DNA of 63,986 bases, the filler included, from Octopus bimaculoides (taxonomy: Eukaryota), in NCBI RefSeq assembly GCF_001194135.2. It is 7 parts of 6 records of this genome, joined end to end, with 100 filler letters (N's around TTAATTAATTAA, not from the genome) between each part and the next. Parts side by side here need not be neighbours in the genome. Positions count along the whole stretch, not along the records: positions 33,569 to 44,732 come from NW_026371731.1; positions 44,833 to 53,973 come from NC_068991.1; 5 more parts are not named here. The stretch is one strand, 5' to 3'. Below are positions 37,143 through 47,959 of this stretch, in pieces. The stretch's first letter is position 1. The number at the start of each line of letters is the position of its first letter. The notes beneath the pieces were generated by a model. That model did not search any database. It was not told the DNA's origin and saw nothing but the letters and a program-made list of their open reading frames with translations. The position numbers and the translations under genes were made by a program.

Positions 37143-38116
37143 CAAGCAAATGGAAGTCTCCAGGAAAGGATAAAATTCCTAACTCCTGGTTGAATGCCTT
37201 CCCAGAGAACCATGGACTGCTAACAAAACTTTACAACAATGTTTTGCAACAACCCAGTATGATTCCCTCTTGGCTAGTAACATTCCTTCTTTCAAAAAAT
37301 GAAGAAACAAATTAACCAAAAAATTATCGACCCATAACCTGCTTAACAACAATGTATAAAACGCTAACATCTGTCCTGACTGAATATACCTAAATTTTTT
37401 TAATAGAATGTGGCATATTCCCTAATGAGCAAAAAGGATGTAAACGTGGGTCCAATTGTTGTAAAGATCAGCTACACATCAATAAAATGATCTTGGAAGA
37501 TTGTCACAAATGACACAAAAACTTGTCGGTAACCTGGATAGACTATAAAAAAGCTTTTGATAGCCTACCACAGAGCTGGATTAAGAAATGTCTGGAAATG
37601 TGTAAAATAGCACCTACTCTGCTAACAATGAATCTCTTAATACTGGAGATGTAAGAATTTCATGTGCTATTTTCCAGGGTGACTCTCTATCACCACTCCT
37701 CTTTTGTCTAGCCGTAATACCTCTCTCAAAATTGTTCAATGATGTACAATACAGTTATAAAATGTTTGATAAAAATATAAATCATCTCATTTACATGGAT
37801 GATTTAAAGCTCTTTGCCAAAAATGACCAACAACTACAAGGCTTACTAACGATTGTTATACAATTCAGTGATGACATCAGGATGCAATCTGGCCTCGATA
37901 AATGTGCAAAAGCTACCTTTATCAAAGGAAAAATGACAGAAACAGCCAATGCTAATCTTGACAAGCAGAATGTAGTAAAGGAATTAAAGCCAGCGAAGAG
38001 CTACAAAGACCTAGGGGTATTTGAGGGGATGGAATCAAATATTCAGTTATGAGGGAAAAGATCAGAAGAGAATGTTATTGCAGGGTAAGAGTAATATTCA
38101 AGACAGAGCTGAATGC
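37071..38116 (+). mobile_element. 5'-truncated R4/Dong-clade non-LTR retrotransposon RT relic
   Basis: [87 protein letters not shown]; stops and frameshifts present. Confidence 0.9.
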
Positions 38117-38599
38117 ACACACAGACACATATATCGCCATCATTTTCCATGCTTACATGAGTCAGATGAAAGTTGATCAGATGAGATTTTCTATAGTAGG
38201 ACACTGTTCCTGTTGCCAATCTTCATCTTTTCCAAGCAAGGTAATAATCCCCTAGCATATCAAGCAACAAACAGCAGGCAGTTACACAGTGAACTGGAAA
38301 GAAATGAAACCATTTCAATGAACCTTTTCTTTACAAAGACTGTAGAACATGTCAAGACATGTCCAGAAACATGAGCATGTTTGCATAGTTGACTACAACA
38401 AAGGACACCTCGTGTTAACAGCGAGGCTGTTGCTTACCATCAGCAAATATATGTAAAGGCAATGGAAAATATGAACTCACACACACACACACACACATGT
38501 CATGTCTGTGGATTTATGTTCCAGGCAGCCTTTGCCTTTTTCTATCCAAAAGGGGTTTTCTAACCCGATATTTACATGATGTTAGTTATAGCTTTATAG

Positions 38600-39130
38600 G
38601 TATAAAGAAGTGTTGCATAAAGAAATGCCGGTATCTAATTGTGGAGGGAACCTGTGGAAGGAATAGACCTAGGAAGAAGTGAGATGAAATAGTGAGAAAT
38701 GATTTCCAGATATTGAACCTCACTGAGGAGATGACTAGGAACTGAAACTCCTGGCAATTTATTGTGCTTGAGAAAACATGTCAAGCTAGATAGAGTCAAG
38801 CACCTGTGCTGGCATCACATAAAAAGCACCCATGCTGGTGCCATGCAGAAAGCACCTGTGCTGGCACTACATGAAGAGCGCCTGTGCCAGTACCACATGA
38901 TAGCACCTGTACTGATGCCATATAATAAAAGCACCATTGCCAGTGTTATGTGGAAAGCACCAAGTACACTCTGTAAAATGGTTGGCAATAGGAAGGGCAT
39001 CCAGCTGTAGAAACTAAACCAGAGCAGATGACTGGGGTGTGGTGCAGCCCTCCAGCTTGCTAGCTCCTGTCAAACCATCTAACTCATGCCAGTATAGAAA
39101 ACAGATGTTAAATGATGATGATGATGATGT
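38600..39130 (+). mobile_element. RTE 3' coding end joined to a family C body through about 7 short tandem units
   Basis: EGTCGRNRPRKK*DEIVRND..LNLTEEMT (RTE C-terminus), then repeated aaagcacc-gtgctgg-gccac units, then GGTTGGCAATAGGAAGGGCATCCAGC and a GATGAT tail. Confidence 0.7.
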
Positions 39131-39460
39131 ACTTCAAGAACAAACACACACACACACATATTTCAAAAGTAAAATGACAGCTTTCATTAAGTTTTATCTG
39201 TGTGGACACTAATAGATTAAATCATTAAAAATGGCACAGGGCATGTCTACTAAATACTAGATTAAGTATTTATATACATTAAATAAAATTATTTTGTTTC
39301 TAGAAATAAATCTTTAAAAAATGATGGTGTCTATTTACTTTTGAGATATCTGTGTATATATAAATATATTTATCTTGTATATATCCATATATATCATCAT
39401 CATCATCATCATCATCAACATCCATCTTTCATGCTAACAATATATATATATATATATATA

Positions 39461-40264
39461 TTGGATTGGCAACTAAATTCCTGCTGTTTTTTTTTAATTT
39501 TGGAATTTATTGCGTTTTTAAATTTTGGGATCTACTTTTTTTCGAGAATTCTATTTTTGAATCATTTTGGAATCTATTTTGTTTTTTTTTTCTAGTTAAT
39601 TTTTGTTTATTTTCATATCATTAAGATGGAATGTAAACTTAATAAAAACGAGCATTTTCGACACCTCCTTTTTTTTTGCTTTTAATCATGGTTCCAAGGT
39701 CGCAAAAGCTGCACGCGACGTTTGTGCTGTGTATAGAGAGGGAACCATAGGTGAAAGAACCACTCGTGATTGGTATGCCAAGTTCAAAAGTGGAAATTTT
39801 GACCTTAAATACGCACCTCGTTCAATGAAGAGCGATTAAACCAACTTTTGCACAAAAATTCTCGTCAAACGACAAGGGAACTGCCAGAGAAAATGGAATG
39901 CTCCCACATTGCTATAGAGAAGCAACTTCACTCAATGAGAAAGGTTCAGAAGTATGGAGCATGGGTTCCGCATGCTTTAAGAGACAACAACAAAAATCAA
40001 CGAGCTACAATCTCCGCTGGTTTGCTTGCTCGTCATCACTCAACTCATGGAACTTGTGGACACAAGCAACGATTTCTTTACCGAATCGTTACTGGCGACA
40101 CAAAATGGTACCCGTACATCAATATGAAGCAGCATAAGGAATGGCTTAGCCCCGGTAAACAAGCGACACCGCATGTGAAACAAGATCTTCATCCGCGTAA
40201 AACAATGATATGCGTATGGTGGGATTGGGAAGGGATTATCTATTACAAATTACTTGAACGGAAC
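39461..40264 (+). mobile_element. Mariner transposon (mellifera-like), 5' TIR plus frameshifted transposase, truncated by a gap
   Basis: TA|TTGGATTGGCAACTAAATTCC TIR; ATG at 39626; HTH region; GAWVPHAL; RIVTGD(T)KW; DLHPRKTMICVWWDWEGIIYY. Confidence 0.93.
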
Positions 40265-41144
40265 NNNNNNNNNNNNNNNNNNNNNNNNNNNNNNNNNNNN
40301 NNNNNNNNNNNNNNNNNNNNNNNNNNNNNNNNNNNNNNNNNNNNNNNNNNNNNNNNNNNNNNNNNNNNNNNNNNNNNNNNNNNNNNNNNNNNNNNNNNNN
40401 NNNNNNNNNNNNNNNNNNNNNNNNNNNNNNNNNNNNNNNNNNNNNNNNNNNNNNNNNNNNNNNNNNNNNNNNNNNNNNNNNNNNNNNNNNNNNNNNNNNN
40501 NNNNNNNNNNNNNNNNNNNNNNNNNNNNNNNNNNNNNNNNNNNNNNNNNNNNNNNNNNNNNNNNNNNNNNNNNNNNNNNNNNNNNNNNNNNNNNNNNNNN
40601 NNNNNNNNNNNNNNNNNNNNNNNNNNNNNNNNNNNNNNNNNNNNNNNNNNNNNNNNNNNNNNNNNNNNNNNNNNNNNNNNNNNNNNNNNNNNNNNNNNNN
40701 NNNNNNNNNNNNNNNNNNNNNNNNNNNNNNNNNNNNNNNNNNNNNNNNNNNNNNNNNNNNNNNNNNNNNNNNNNNNNNNNNNNNNNNNNNNNNNNNNNNN
40801 NNNNNNNNNNNNNNNNNNNNNNNNNNNNNNNNNNNNNNNNNNNNNNNNNNNNNNNNNNNNNNNNNNNNNNNNNNNNNNNNNNNNNNNNNNNNNNNNNNNN
40901 NNNNNNNNNNNNNNNNNNNNNNNNNNNNNNNNNNNNNNNNNNNNNNNNNNNNNNNNNNNNNNNNNNNNNNNNNNNNNNNNNNNNNNNNNNNNNNNNNNNN
41001 NNNNNNNNNNNNNNNNNNNNNNNNNNNNNNNNNNNNNNNNNNNNNNNNNNNNNNNNNNNNNNNNNNNNNNNNNNNNNNNNNNNNNNNNNNNNNNNNNNNN
41101 NNNNNNNNNNNNNTATATATATATATATATATATATTATACATA

Positions 41145-41560
41145 TAATTATTAATAACAAAGAGTATGGAGACTTGAACATCCACAATATTTATTTTATA
41201 GTTATATACAGCATATTATAATAACCTATATGTGTTTCTACTGCAGCAACTACTCACTGTTGCAAATGCAGCCTTGCATTATTGTCAGTGCAGCTTCATC
41301 AGGGTCCGTCCATTTTGTCGTCCTTGAAGTGAACTGAGTGAAGTAAATTTTTGTTAGTTTGTGTTCTGTGGGAGGTGGGACGATTATTTATAGGCATGGA
41401 TGGAGCCTGATGAAGCTGCACCGATAATGATGCAAGGTGACATTTGCAACATTGAGTAGTCACATTAGTGGAAACACATGTAGGTTATTATAATATGCAG
41501 TATATAACTATAAAACATTTTTTGGTCTCCATACACTTTATTATTGGTAATAATATATAC
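41145..41560. repeat. Long imperfect inverted repeat (arms about 41145-41313 and 41396-41560), each arm carrying a hammerhead-like motif
   Basis: The arms align in reverse complement. Plus copy: CTGATGA 41407, GAAAC 41471, ACAT, GTA, GGTT. Minus copy: GACC-CTGATGA (41302-41296)...GAAAC (41238-41234)-ACAT-ATA-GGTT. Confidence 0.85.
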
Positions 41561-41759
41561 TCCAGAAAACTTTTACTGTCCAGCGAAGCATGCATGAAAT
41601 TAACCATTGGAAGAATTCATGGAGTGACTAGCAACAAATTGTAGTCACAGATGTTAAATACTGATCATAGTGGTTAGCTGTTAACTGGAACTTAACTGAG
41701 AGATAACATGGTATCCACCCAGATAATAGATATCTCTAAACTCCCTTTCATATATATTA

Positions 41760-41978
41760 TCATCATCATCATCATCGTTTAACATCCGCTTTCCATGCTA
41801 GCATGGGTTGGATGATTTGACTGAGGACTGGTGAAACAGGATGGCAACACCAGGCTCCAGTCTAATTTGGCAGAGTTTCTACAGCTGGATGCCCTTCCTA
41901 ACGCCAACCACTCAGAGAGTGTAGTGGGTGCTTTTACGTGTCACCCGCACGAAAACAGCCACGCTCGAAATGGTGTCT
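41760..41978 (-). mobile_element. SINE family C
   Basis: Near-identical reverse complement of 33630-33850. Confidence 0.85.
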
Positions 41979-42929
41979 NNNNNNNNNNNNNNNNNNNNNN
42001 NNNNNNNNNNNNNNNNNNNNNNNNNNNNNNNNNNNNNNNNNNNNNNNNNNNNNNNNNNNNNNNNNNNNNNNNNNNNNNNNNNNNNNNNNNNNNNNNNNNN
42101 NNNNNNNNNNNNNNNNNNNNNNNNNNNNNNNNNNNNNNNNNNNNNNNNNNNNNNNNNNNNNNNNNNNNNNNNNNNNNNNNNNNNNNNNNNNNNNNNNNNN
42201 NNNNNNNNNNNNNNNNNNNNNNNNNNNNNNNNNNNNNNNNNNNNNNNNNNNNNNNNNNNNNNNNNNNNNNNNNNNNNNNNNNNNNNNNNNNNNNNNNNNN
42301 NNNNNNNNNNNNNNNNNNNNNNNNNNNNNNNNNNNNNNNNNNNNNNNNNNNNNNNNNNNNNNNNNNNNNNNNNNNNNNNNNNNNNNNNNNNNNNNNNNNN
42401 NNNNNNNNNNNNNNNNNNNNNNNNNNNNNNNNNNNNNNNNNNNNNNNNNNNNNNNNNNNNNNNNNNNNNNNNNNNNNNNNNNTATATATATATATATATT
42501 TAAATTTAATTAGAGGATATGTTAACCTCGTGAGGGTATGATTGCATCCAAGGAAATACTGGTTCAATACCTAGTATTGTTGGGGAAAGTATACATTAAG
42601 CATATAGTTTATATCCAGTTAAAAGAAGAAAGGTAAATGGAGATAAGGAAGTTAACAATTATTTATTATTAACAAATTGGTCATCTTTGCTTCTTACAGT
42701 CATTTCAATTAATACTCAATAATTTAATTACAAATTTGTTCATTAAATTTGCATTTATGTGACATGAGCATAATCTCATTAGAGATTAAAAAAATGTACC
42801 TTGAGATGTTATATGTGGACCTACTTCAACAACAAGTTCCATCCACATGAATTGTTCAGTACTGCATTACTCAAATATTGTCTTCCATTCACATCACACA
42901 CTTCCCTCTTGCGCACTATATCCAATTGA

Positions 42930-43130
42930 TTTTTATACCCAGATTATTTTTTTTTTTCTCAGCTCAATTTTTGCACTGTCATTTATACACATTAGCCTTA
43001 CATATCCAGCTGCTTCTGCTCACATCATTTCTTTCTAGCCTTTACACATCCACCTCATTCAATGACCATGTTTCATTTAGCATGCAAAATGTCTTACATC
43101 TCTTTATTTGGAGAGAAGATTCGTTCATTG
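42930..43130 (-). mobile_element. Degraded RTE-type LINE C-terminal relic
   Basis: ETWSLNEVDV*RLERNDVS..SWIC resembles YG.ETW.L....RLER....LRWMC. Confidence 0.5.
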
Positions 43131-43568
43131 CCAGGGAGAAGTTAAAGCCCCCACTGAACTTTGACCACCCTGTTCTTATTCCACCTGCTGTTTCCAGAAT
43201 ACACTCCACCACTGCTCATTAGGTCACTATGAGTAACAGAAAATAGGGACTACTTCTAGGAAGCTCTCTAAGATTTGAAAAAATTATTTTTTACACGTAC
43301 TCTTACTACTAAGCTATTCCTCCACATCTGCTACATGCGAAATCCCTTTTTTGTCAGCCTCCCTTCAGTGTGTGTGTATTTAGAAGACTCTTGCCCAAGG
43401 TGTTATGCAGTGTACTGAATCTGAAACTATATGGTTGAAAAGCAAACGTCTTACCACACAGCCACTTGTGTGTGTGTGTGTGTGTGTGTGTGTGCATATA
43501 CGCACACACACACACACGTATGGTGGTTGGTGGTTGTCTACTCCTATGCAGAGTTTGACTACCTGTAA

Positions 43569-44300
43569 CTACACCTTAGCACCATCATGCCATCTGATGT
43601 GGCCTTTTAAACCAGACAATGTTCTGAAAAGGCACCCACACAGATTGCACATCCAATTTGGACCACCAAGAGCTGCAAATAAGTTCTGATCTTTGTGGAT
43701 CTTAAAATGTCTTTTGAGACATCCATTGGATTTGCAAACCTTCTGGCATACACTATATTCAAAGGTGTGCACAGACATATAGGCTGAATAGTTGGTGGAG
43801 GTTCGTCTACCATGGGTTCGCAAATGAGATTTGAGCCAAGCAAAAGACAGGCATGGTCTGTCACAGACTGTGCACACAAAAAGGTTATTGTTGTTCACCT
43901 ACTTGATTGTTACATTCTTCCTTAGATCTCTTTTGAGTCTTACACATGTTATCCTTGACTCTTCAAATGCTTTCCCTCCACTCCACACTTTTGCTTGCCA
44001 TCCAACTCGATCTGAAGCAAGGGTTTCTATGTCTTCTAGATCCATTCCAAGTGACTTCATAGTAGTCCTTATGCCATCTTTAAACCTTTTTTTAGGTTTA
44101 CGCCGATAGCATTTCCCCTCTGCAAGATCACCATAAAACAGCTGTTTTGGCATGCGCTCGTCTGCCATTCGAACAATATGGCCACACCATCTAATTTGGT
44201 TTCTCAAAATCATAGCTTTAATTGAGGTAAGGCCTGCAGATGCAAGGACATCTGTGGAGTAAAAGAACTCCACTTAATTTTAAAAATACAATGAAGGCAT
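43569..44300 (-). mobile_element. RTE/BovB-like LINE ORF2 C-terminus ending in three C2H2 zinc fingers (one in-frame stop)
   Basis: LRNQIRWCGHIVRMADERMPKQLFYGDL..G...RRKPKKRFKD, a stop at 43899-43901, then the same frame gives three C-x2-C-x12-H-x3-H units (first Cys of unit 2 is Tyr). Confidence 0.88.
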
Positions 44301-44374
44301 TTTTGGTGGAATTGTTATAACAATTTAAAATGCCTTTCATAACAAGTTATATATATATATATATATAGTGAAGG

Positions 44375-44675
44375 CTTAGTGGTTAGGGCATTTCACTCAC
44401 AATTGTAAGGTCGTGAGTTCAATTCCTGCTGATGTGTTGTGTCCTTGAGCAAGACATTTTATTTCATGCTGCTCCAGTCCACTGCTGGCAAAAATGAGCT
44501 GTACTTGTATTTCAAAGGGCCAGCCTTGTCACACTCTGTATCACGCTGAATCTCCCTGAATCTCGTACATTAGGGGTACTCGTGTCTGTGGATTGCTCAG
44601 CCACTTACATGTTAATTTCACGAGTAAACTGTTCTGTTGATTGTATCAGCTGGAACCCTCACCATCGTAACCTAG
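44375..44675 (+). mobile_element. SINE family D
   Basis: TAGTGGTTAGG A-box, GAGTTCAATTCC B-box, TGTCCTTGAGCAAGAC. Confidence 0.8.
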
Positions 44676-44680
44676 AGTGC

Positions 44681-44712
<32 letters not shown>

Positions 44713-44992
44713 GATATATATATATAGATATANNNNNNNNNNNNNNNNNNNNNNNNNNNNNNNNNNNNNNNNNNNNTTAATTAATTAANNNNNNNNNNNN
44801 NNNNNNNNNNNNNNNNNNNNNNNNNNNNNNNNCTTTAGAGCTTAAAAAAGAAAAAAAAAGTTTATATTTTCACAAGAAAAAGTGTGTGATTTAAAGGAGA
44901 TTTAGATGTTGTTTCATTGTTTCTAGCACATCCTACGATCACCTTTGTCACTGACACATGTATTGATGTTTTTCAATATTTTTCTCCCCGTA

Positions 44993-45051
44993 GGCGGTGA
45001 GCTGGCATAACCGTTAGCAGGCCGGGCGAAACGCTTAACGGTATTTCGTCT
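44993..45051 (+). mobile_element. SINE family A 5' head, interrupted
   Basis: GGCGGTGAGCTGGCATAACCGTTAGCAGGCCGGGCGAAACGCTTAACGGTATTTCGTCT, followed by unrelated sequence. Confidence 0.85.
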
Positions 45052-45175
45052 CTGTGAAGTTAATACGTGGTGATTTTGAATAGTTTTTGTGCTGCTTTGC
45101 AGCGGTTTGGGTGTTTATGTGTGTAATTTGTTTGAGCTTTCTCTCCTCGTAAGAGAAGAGACAGTTGGTTGAAGA

Positions 45176-46483
45176 ATGTCTGAAGGCAGTTATAGTTACA
45201 TAGACATGTCATCGTCCGAGGAGGAATTGCTGGAGGCAATTAAGACAATGGACCAGAAACTTATAAAAGAGAAGCGGAATTTTGCTGATGTAGCAAGGGG
45301 TAAGGAAACAGAAGTGGATATCAGGGAATTCGGAAGACACAAAGAAGAAATGAACCGAGATGGGTTTGAAGTGAAGTTGTCGCCCCCACAAGCGGTTAAA
45401 AACGGAATAAGGGAAAACTCGATAATTTATCGAACCTTTTCGATAAATAAAGGAAGAATAGACGTCGTCAAGACAGAACAAATAGAAAAGGCGTTAAAGC
45501 AGATTTGGGAAGACATAATATACCTGACTAGAGGTTCAACATTTGGAACAGTAGAAGTGAGGTTTCGTAATGCAGCAGCAGCAAGGAAACATGCAGCGTC
45601 GACAATTCGGAGCGAAAAAGTGGTGCTGATGCCCACGTATAGAGGCATGAGAGCAACAAAGGTCACGGTTGAAGGAATTCCACCGGAGATTGATGTGACC
45701 TGGGTGGCAGATGCGGTCCTCTTTGGTAATGAGGACAACATAGTAGTGCTCCAGGCCCAGAAAAAAGCGTGCATCAACTGGAGAGGTCAATCACTGGAGA
45801 TGATAGTCCAAGGTCAAAAGAAACGATGGAAAAAATTACGGAAACCATAATTATGGAAGAAACAATTATGCCTGTCAGGGTGGAAGGAAGAGTTGCACGC
45901 TGTTTTAAATGTGGCCTGAAGGGACACATAAGAGCGGAATGTACATCAAAGCCAAGAAAAAAGCGACCAGAAAATACAGAAGAGAAGATAGAAGAGAGCC
46001 GCAGAAAGGAAGTAACCGGAAAAGAAAAGGAAGTAACCGAAAAAGAAAAGGAAGTAGCGGAAACAGGAAAAAATAAATGGGAAAATGTAACAGCAAAAAA
46101 ATGAAAAAAGACATGTGAGCTAAACCCACATTCCACACCCATCCCACCCACACCCTCTCAGACCCACCCGCTCCCTGCAGACACTAGGCCTTTCTATTCC
46201 CATCCGACACAAAAACAAGAGGCAAACACATACAAAGAAATCCAAAACCACTCCACNNNNNNNNNNGTGTATTGGAACTGCGGGGTATGATAATGTGGAG
46301 AAACATCACTTGTGTGTAATACCAGATAAGAAGCAAGAGGGAAAAATACAAGAGTTTATGGTTGGATTTTATTTTTGGGAGGTGGACTGCAGCTGGAGCT
46401 CTTTCCCAGGATTTACTACGTACGATGGGTGGTTGGAGGAAACGGGTATCGATGTGTTAGAAGGTTCAGGATTTAAAATGTAG
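45176..46483 (+). mobile_element. L1/Tx1-type ORF1 (gag-like, CCHC zinc knuckle) with one frameshift and one in-frame stop
   Basis: A 224-aa ORF (YRGMRATKVTVEGIPPEI) joins, via a frameshift in an A-rich run near 45820, to VRVEGRVARCFKCGLKGHIRAEC. The frame continues past TGA at 46102 to the gap; an open frame after the gap ends at 46483. Confidence 0.75.
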
Positions 46484-46646
46484 AAAATGAGGCCACTCGT
46501 AAGTGGGGCGAGTGGTTCCATTTCCATTTCATCATTTTCGTGTCTTCATACGTTATAACATTCATTTCTATTTTTCACATATGTTTTATGTCCCACATGT
46601 TTTGTTTGTCACCTCTATGTTAGCCTGCATGGGTAATAAAGAAACA

Positions 46647-46890
46647 GGTATTTCGTCTGCCGCTACGTTCTGAGTTCAAATTCCGCCGAGGTCGACTTTG
46701 CCTTTCATACTCTTCGGGGTCGATAAAATAAGTGCCAGTTACGCACTGGGGTCGATATAATCGACTTAATCCATTTGTCTGTCCTTGTTTGTCCCCTCTA
46801 TGTTTAGCCGATTGTAGGTAGTAAAGAAATAAGAAACGTTAGCGCGCTGGGTGAAATGCTTAGCGTTATTTCGTGTCTTTACGTTCTGAA
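46647..46890 (+). mobile_element. SINE family A body resuming at GGTATTTCGTCT, followed by the start of another copy
   Basis: GAGTTCAAATTCCGCCGAGGTCGACTTTGCCTTTCAT..GGGGTCGATAAAATAAGT. Confidence 0.9.
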
Positions 46891-47806
46891 NNNNNNNNNN
46901 NNNNNNNNNNNNNNNNNNNNNNNNNNNNNNNNNNNNNNNNNNNNNNNNNNNNNNNNNNNNNNNNNNNNNNNNNNNNNNNNNNNNNNNNNNNNNNNNNNNN
47001 NNNNNNNNNNNNNNNNNNNNNNNNNNNNNNNNNNNNNNNNNNNNNNNNNNNNNNNNNNNNNNNNNNNNNNNNNNNNNNNNNNNNNNNNNNNNNNNNNNNN
47101 NNNNNNNNNNNNNNNNNNNNNNNNNNNNNNNNNNNNNNNNNNNNNNNNNNNNNNNNNNNNNNNNNNNNNNNNNNNNNNNNNNNNNNNNNNNNNNNNNNNN
47201 NNNNNNNNNNNNNNNNNNNNNNNNNNNNNNNNNNNNNNNNNNNNNNNNNNNNNNNNNNNNNNNNNNNNNNNNNNNNNNNNNNNNNNNNNNNNNNNNNNNN
47301 NNNNNNNNNNNNNNNNNNNNNNNNNNNNNNNNNNNNNNNNNNNNNNNNNNNNNNNNNNNNNNNNNNNNNNNNNNNNNNNNNNNNNNNNNNNNNNNNNNNN
47401 NNNNNNNNNNNNNNNNNNNNNNNNNNNNNNNNNNNNNNNNNNNNNNNNNNNNNNNNNNNNNNNNNNNNNNNNNNNNNNNNNNNNNNNNNNNNNNNNNNNN
47501 NNNNNNNNNNNNNNNNNNNNNNNNNNNNNTGACAAGACATGCTGTCACGCACAAAATTACAGGTTTCAAATTCTATTTCCTGATTAGGTGAAAATTATCA
47601 AACTTTAAACCTCTATAACTTTTTAAAAACATTTTTCTAGAAAAAGTGAAACAACTCCAACAATTTAGCTTGGAAAAGTACATTATTGTGCCAAATTCTA
47701 AAATTTTCGATAAACTTTGATTTTTGAAATACTGGTAGCCAAACCAAACCGTTAAAAGTTAGTGTCGAACATACAATGAAGTTGATTAAAAAGATAAATA
47801 AGTACA

Positions 47807-47898
47807 ATTTAACTTCATTATTTAACTTCATTATTCATTATTTTAACTTCATTATTCATTATTTTAACTTCATTATTCATTATTTTAACTTCATTATT
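47807..47898. repeat. 21-bp tandem repeat ttttaacttcattattcatta upstream of the Merlin ORF
   Basis: Directly visible; about 4 full and partial units. Confidence 0.9.
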
Positions 47899-47959
47899 TA
47901 TGAACCTTATAGATGATATCAGCAGCTATAATATCCGTCAATTGCTTCACTCAACAGCA

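Noticed and set aside
38780-38960. Short repeats with variable intervening bases, CRISPR-like at a glance
   Set aside because: The units are contiguous and degenerate with no unique spacers, in a eukaryotic retroelement context with no cas genes.
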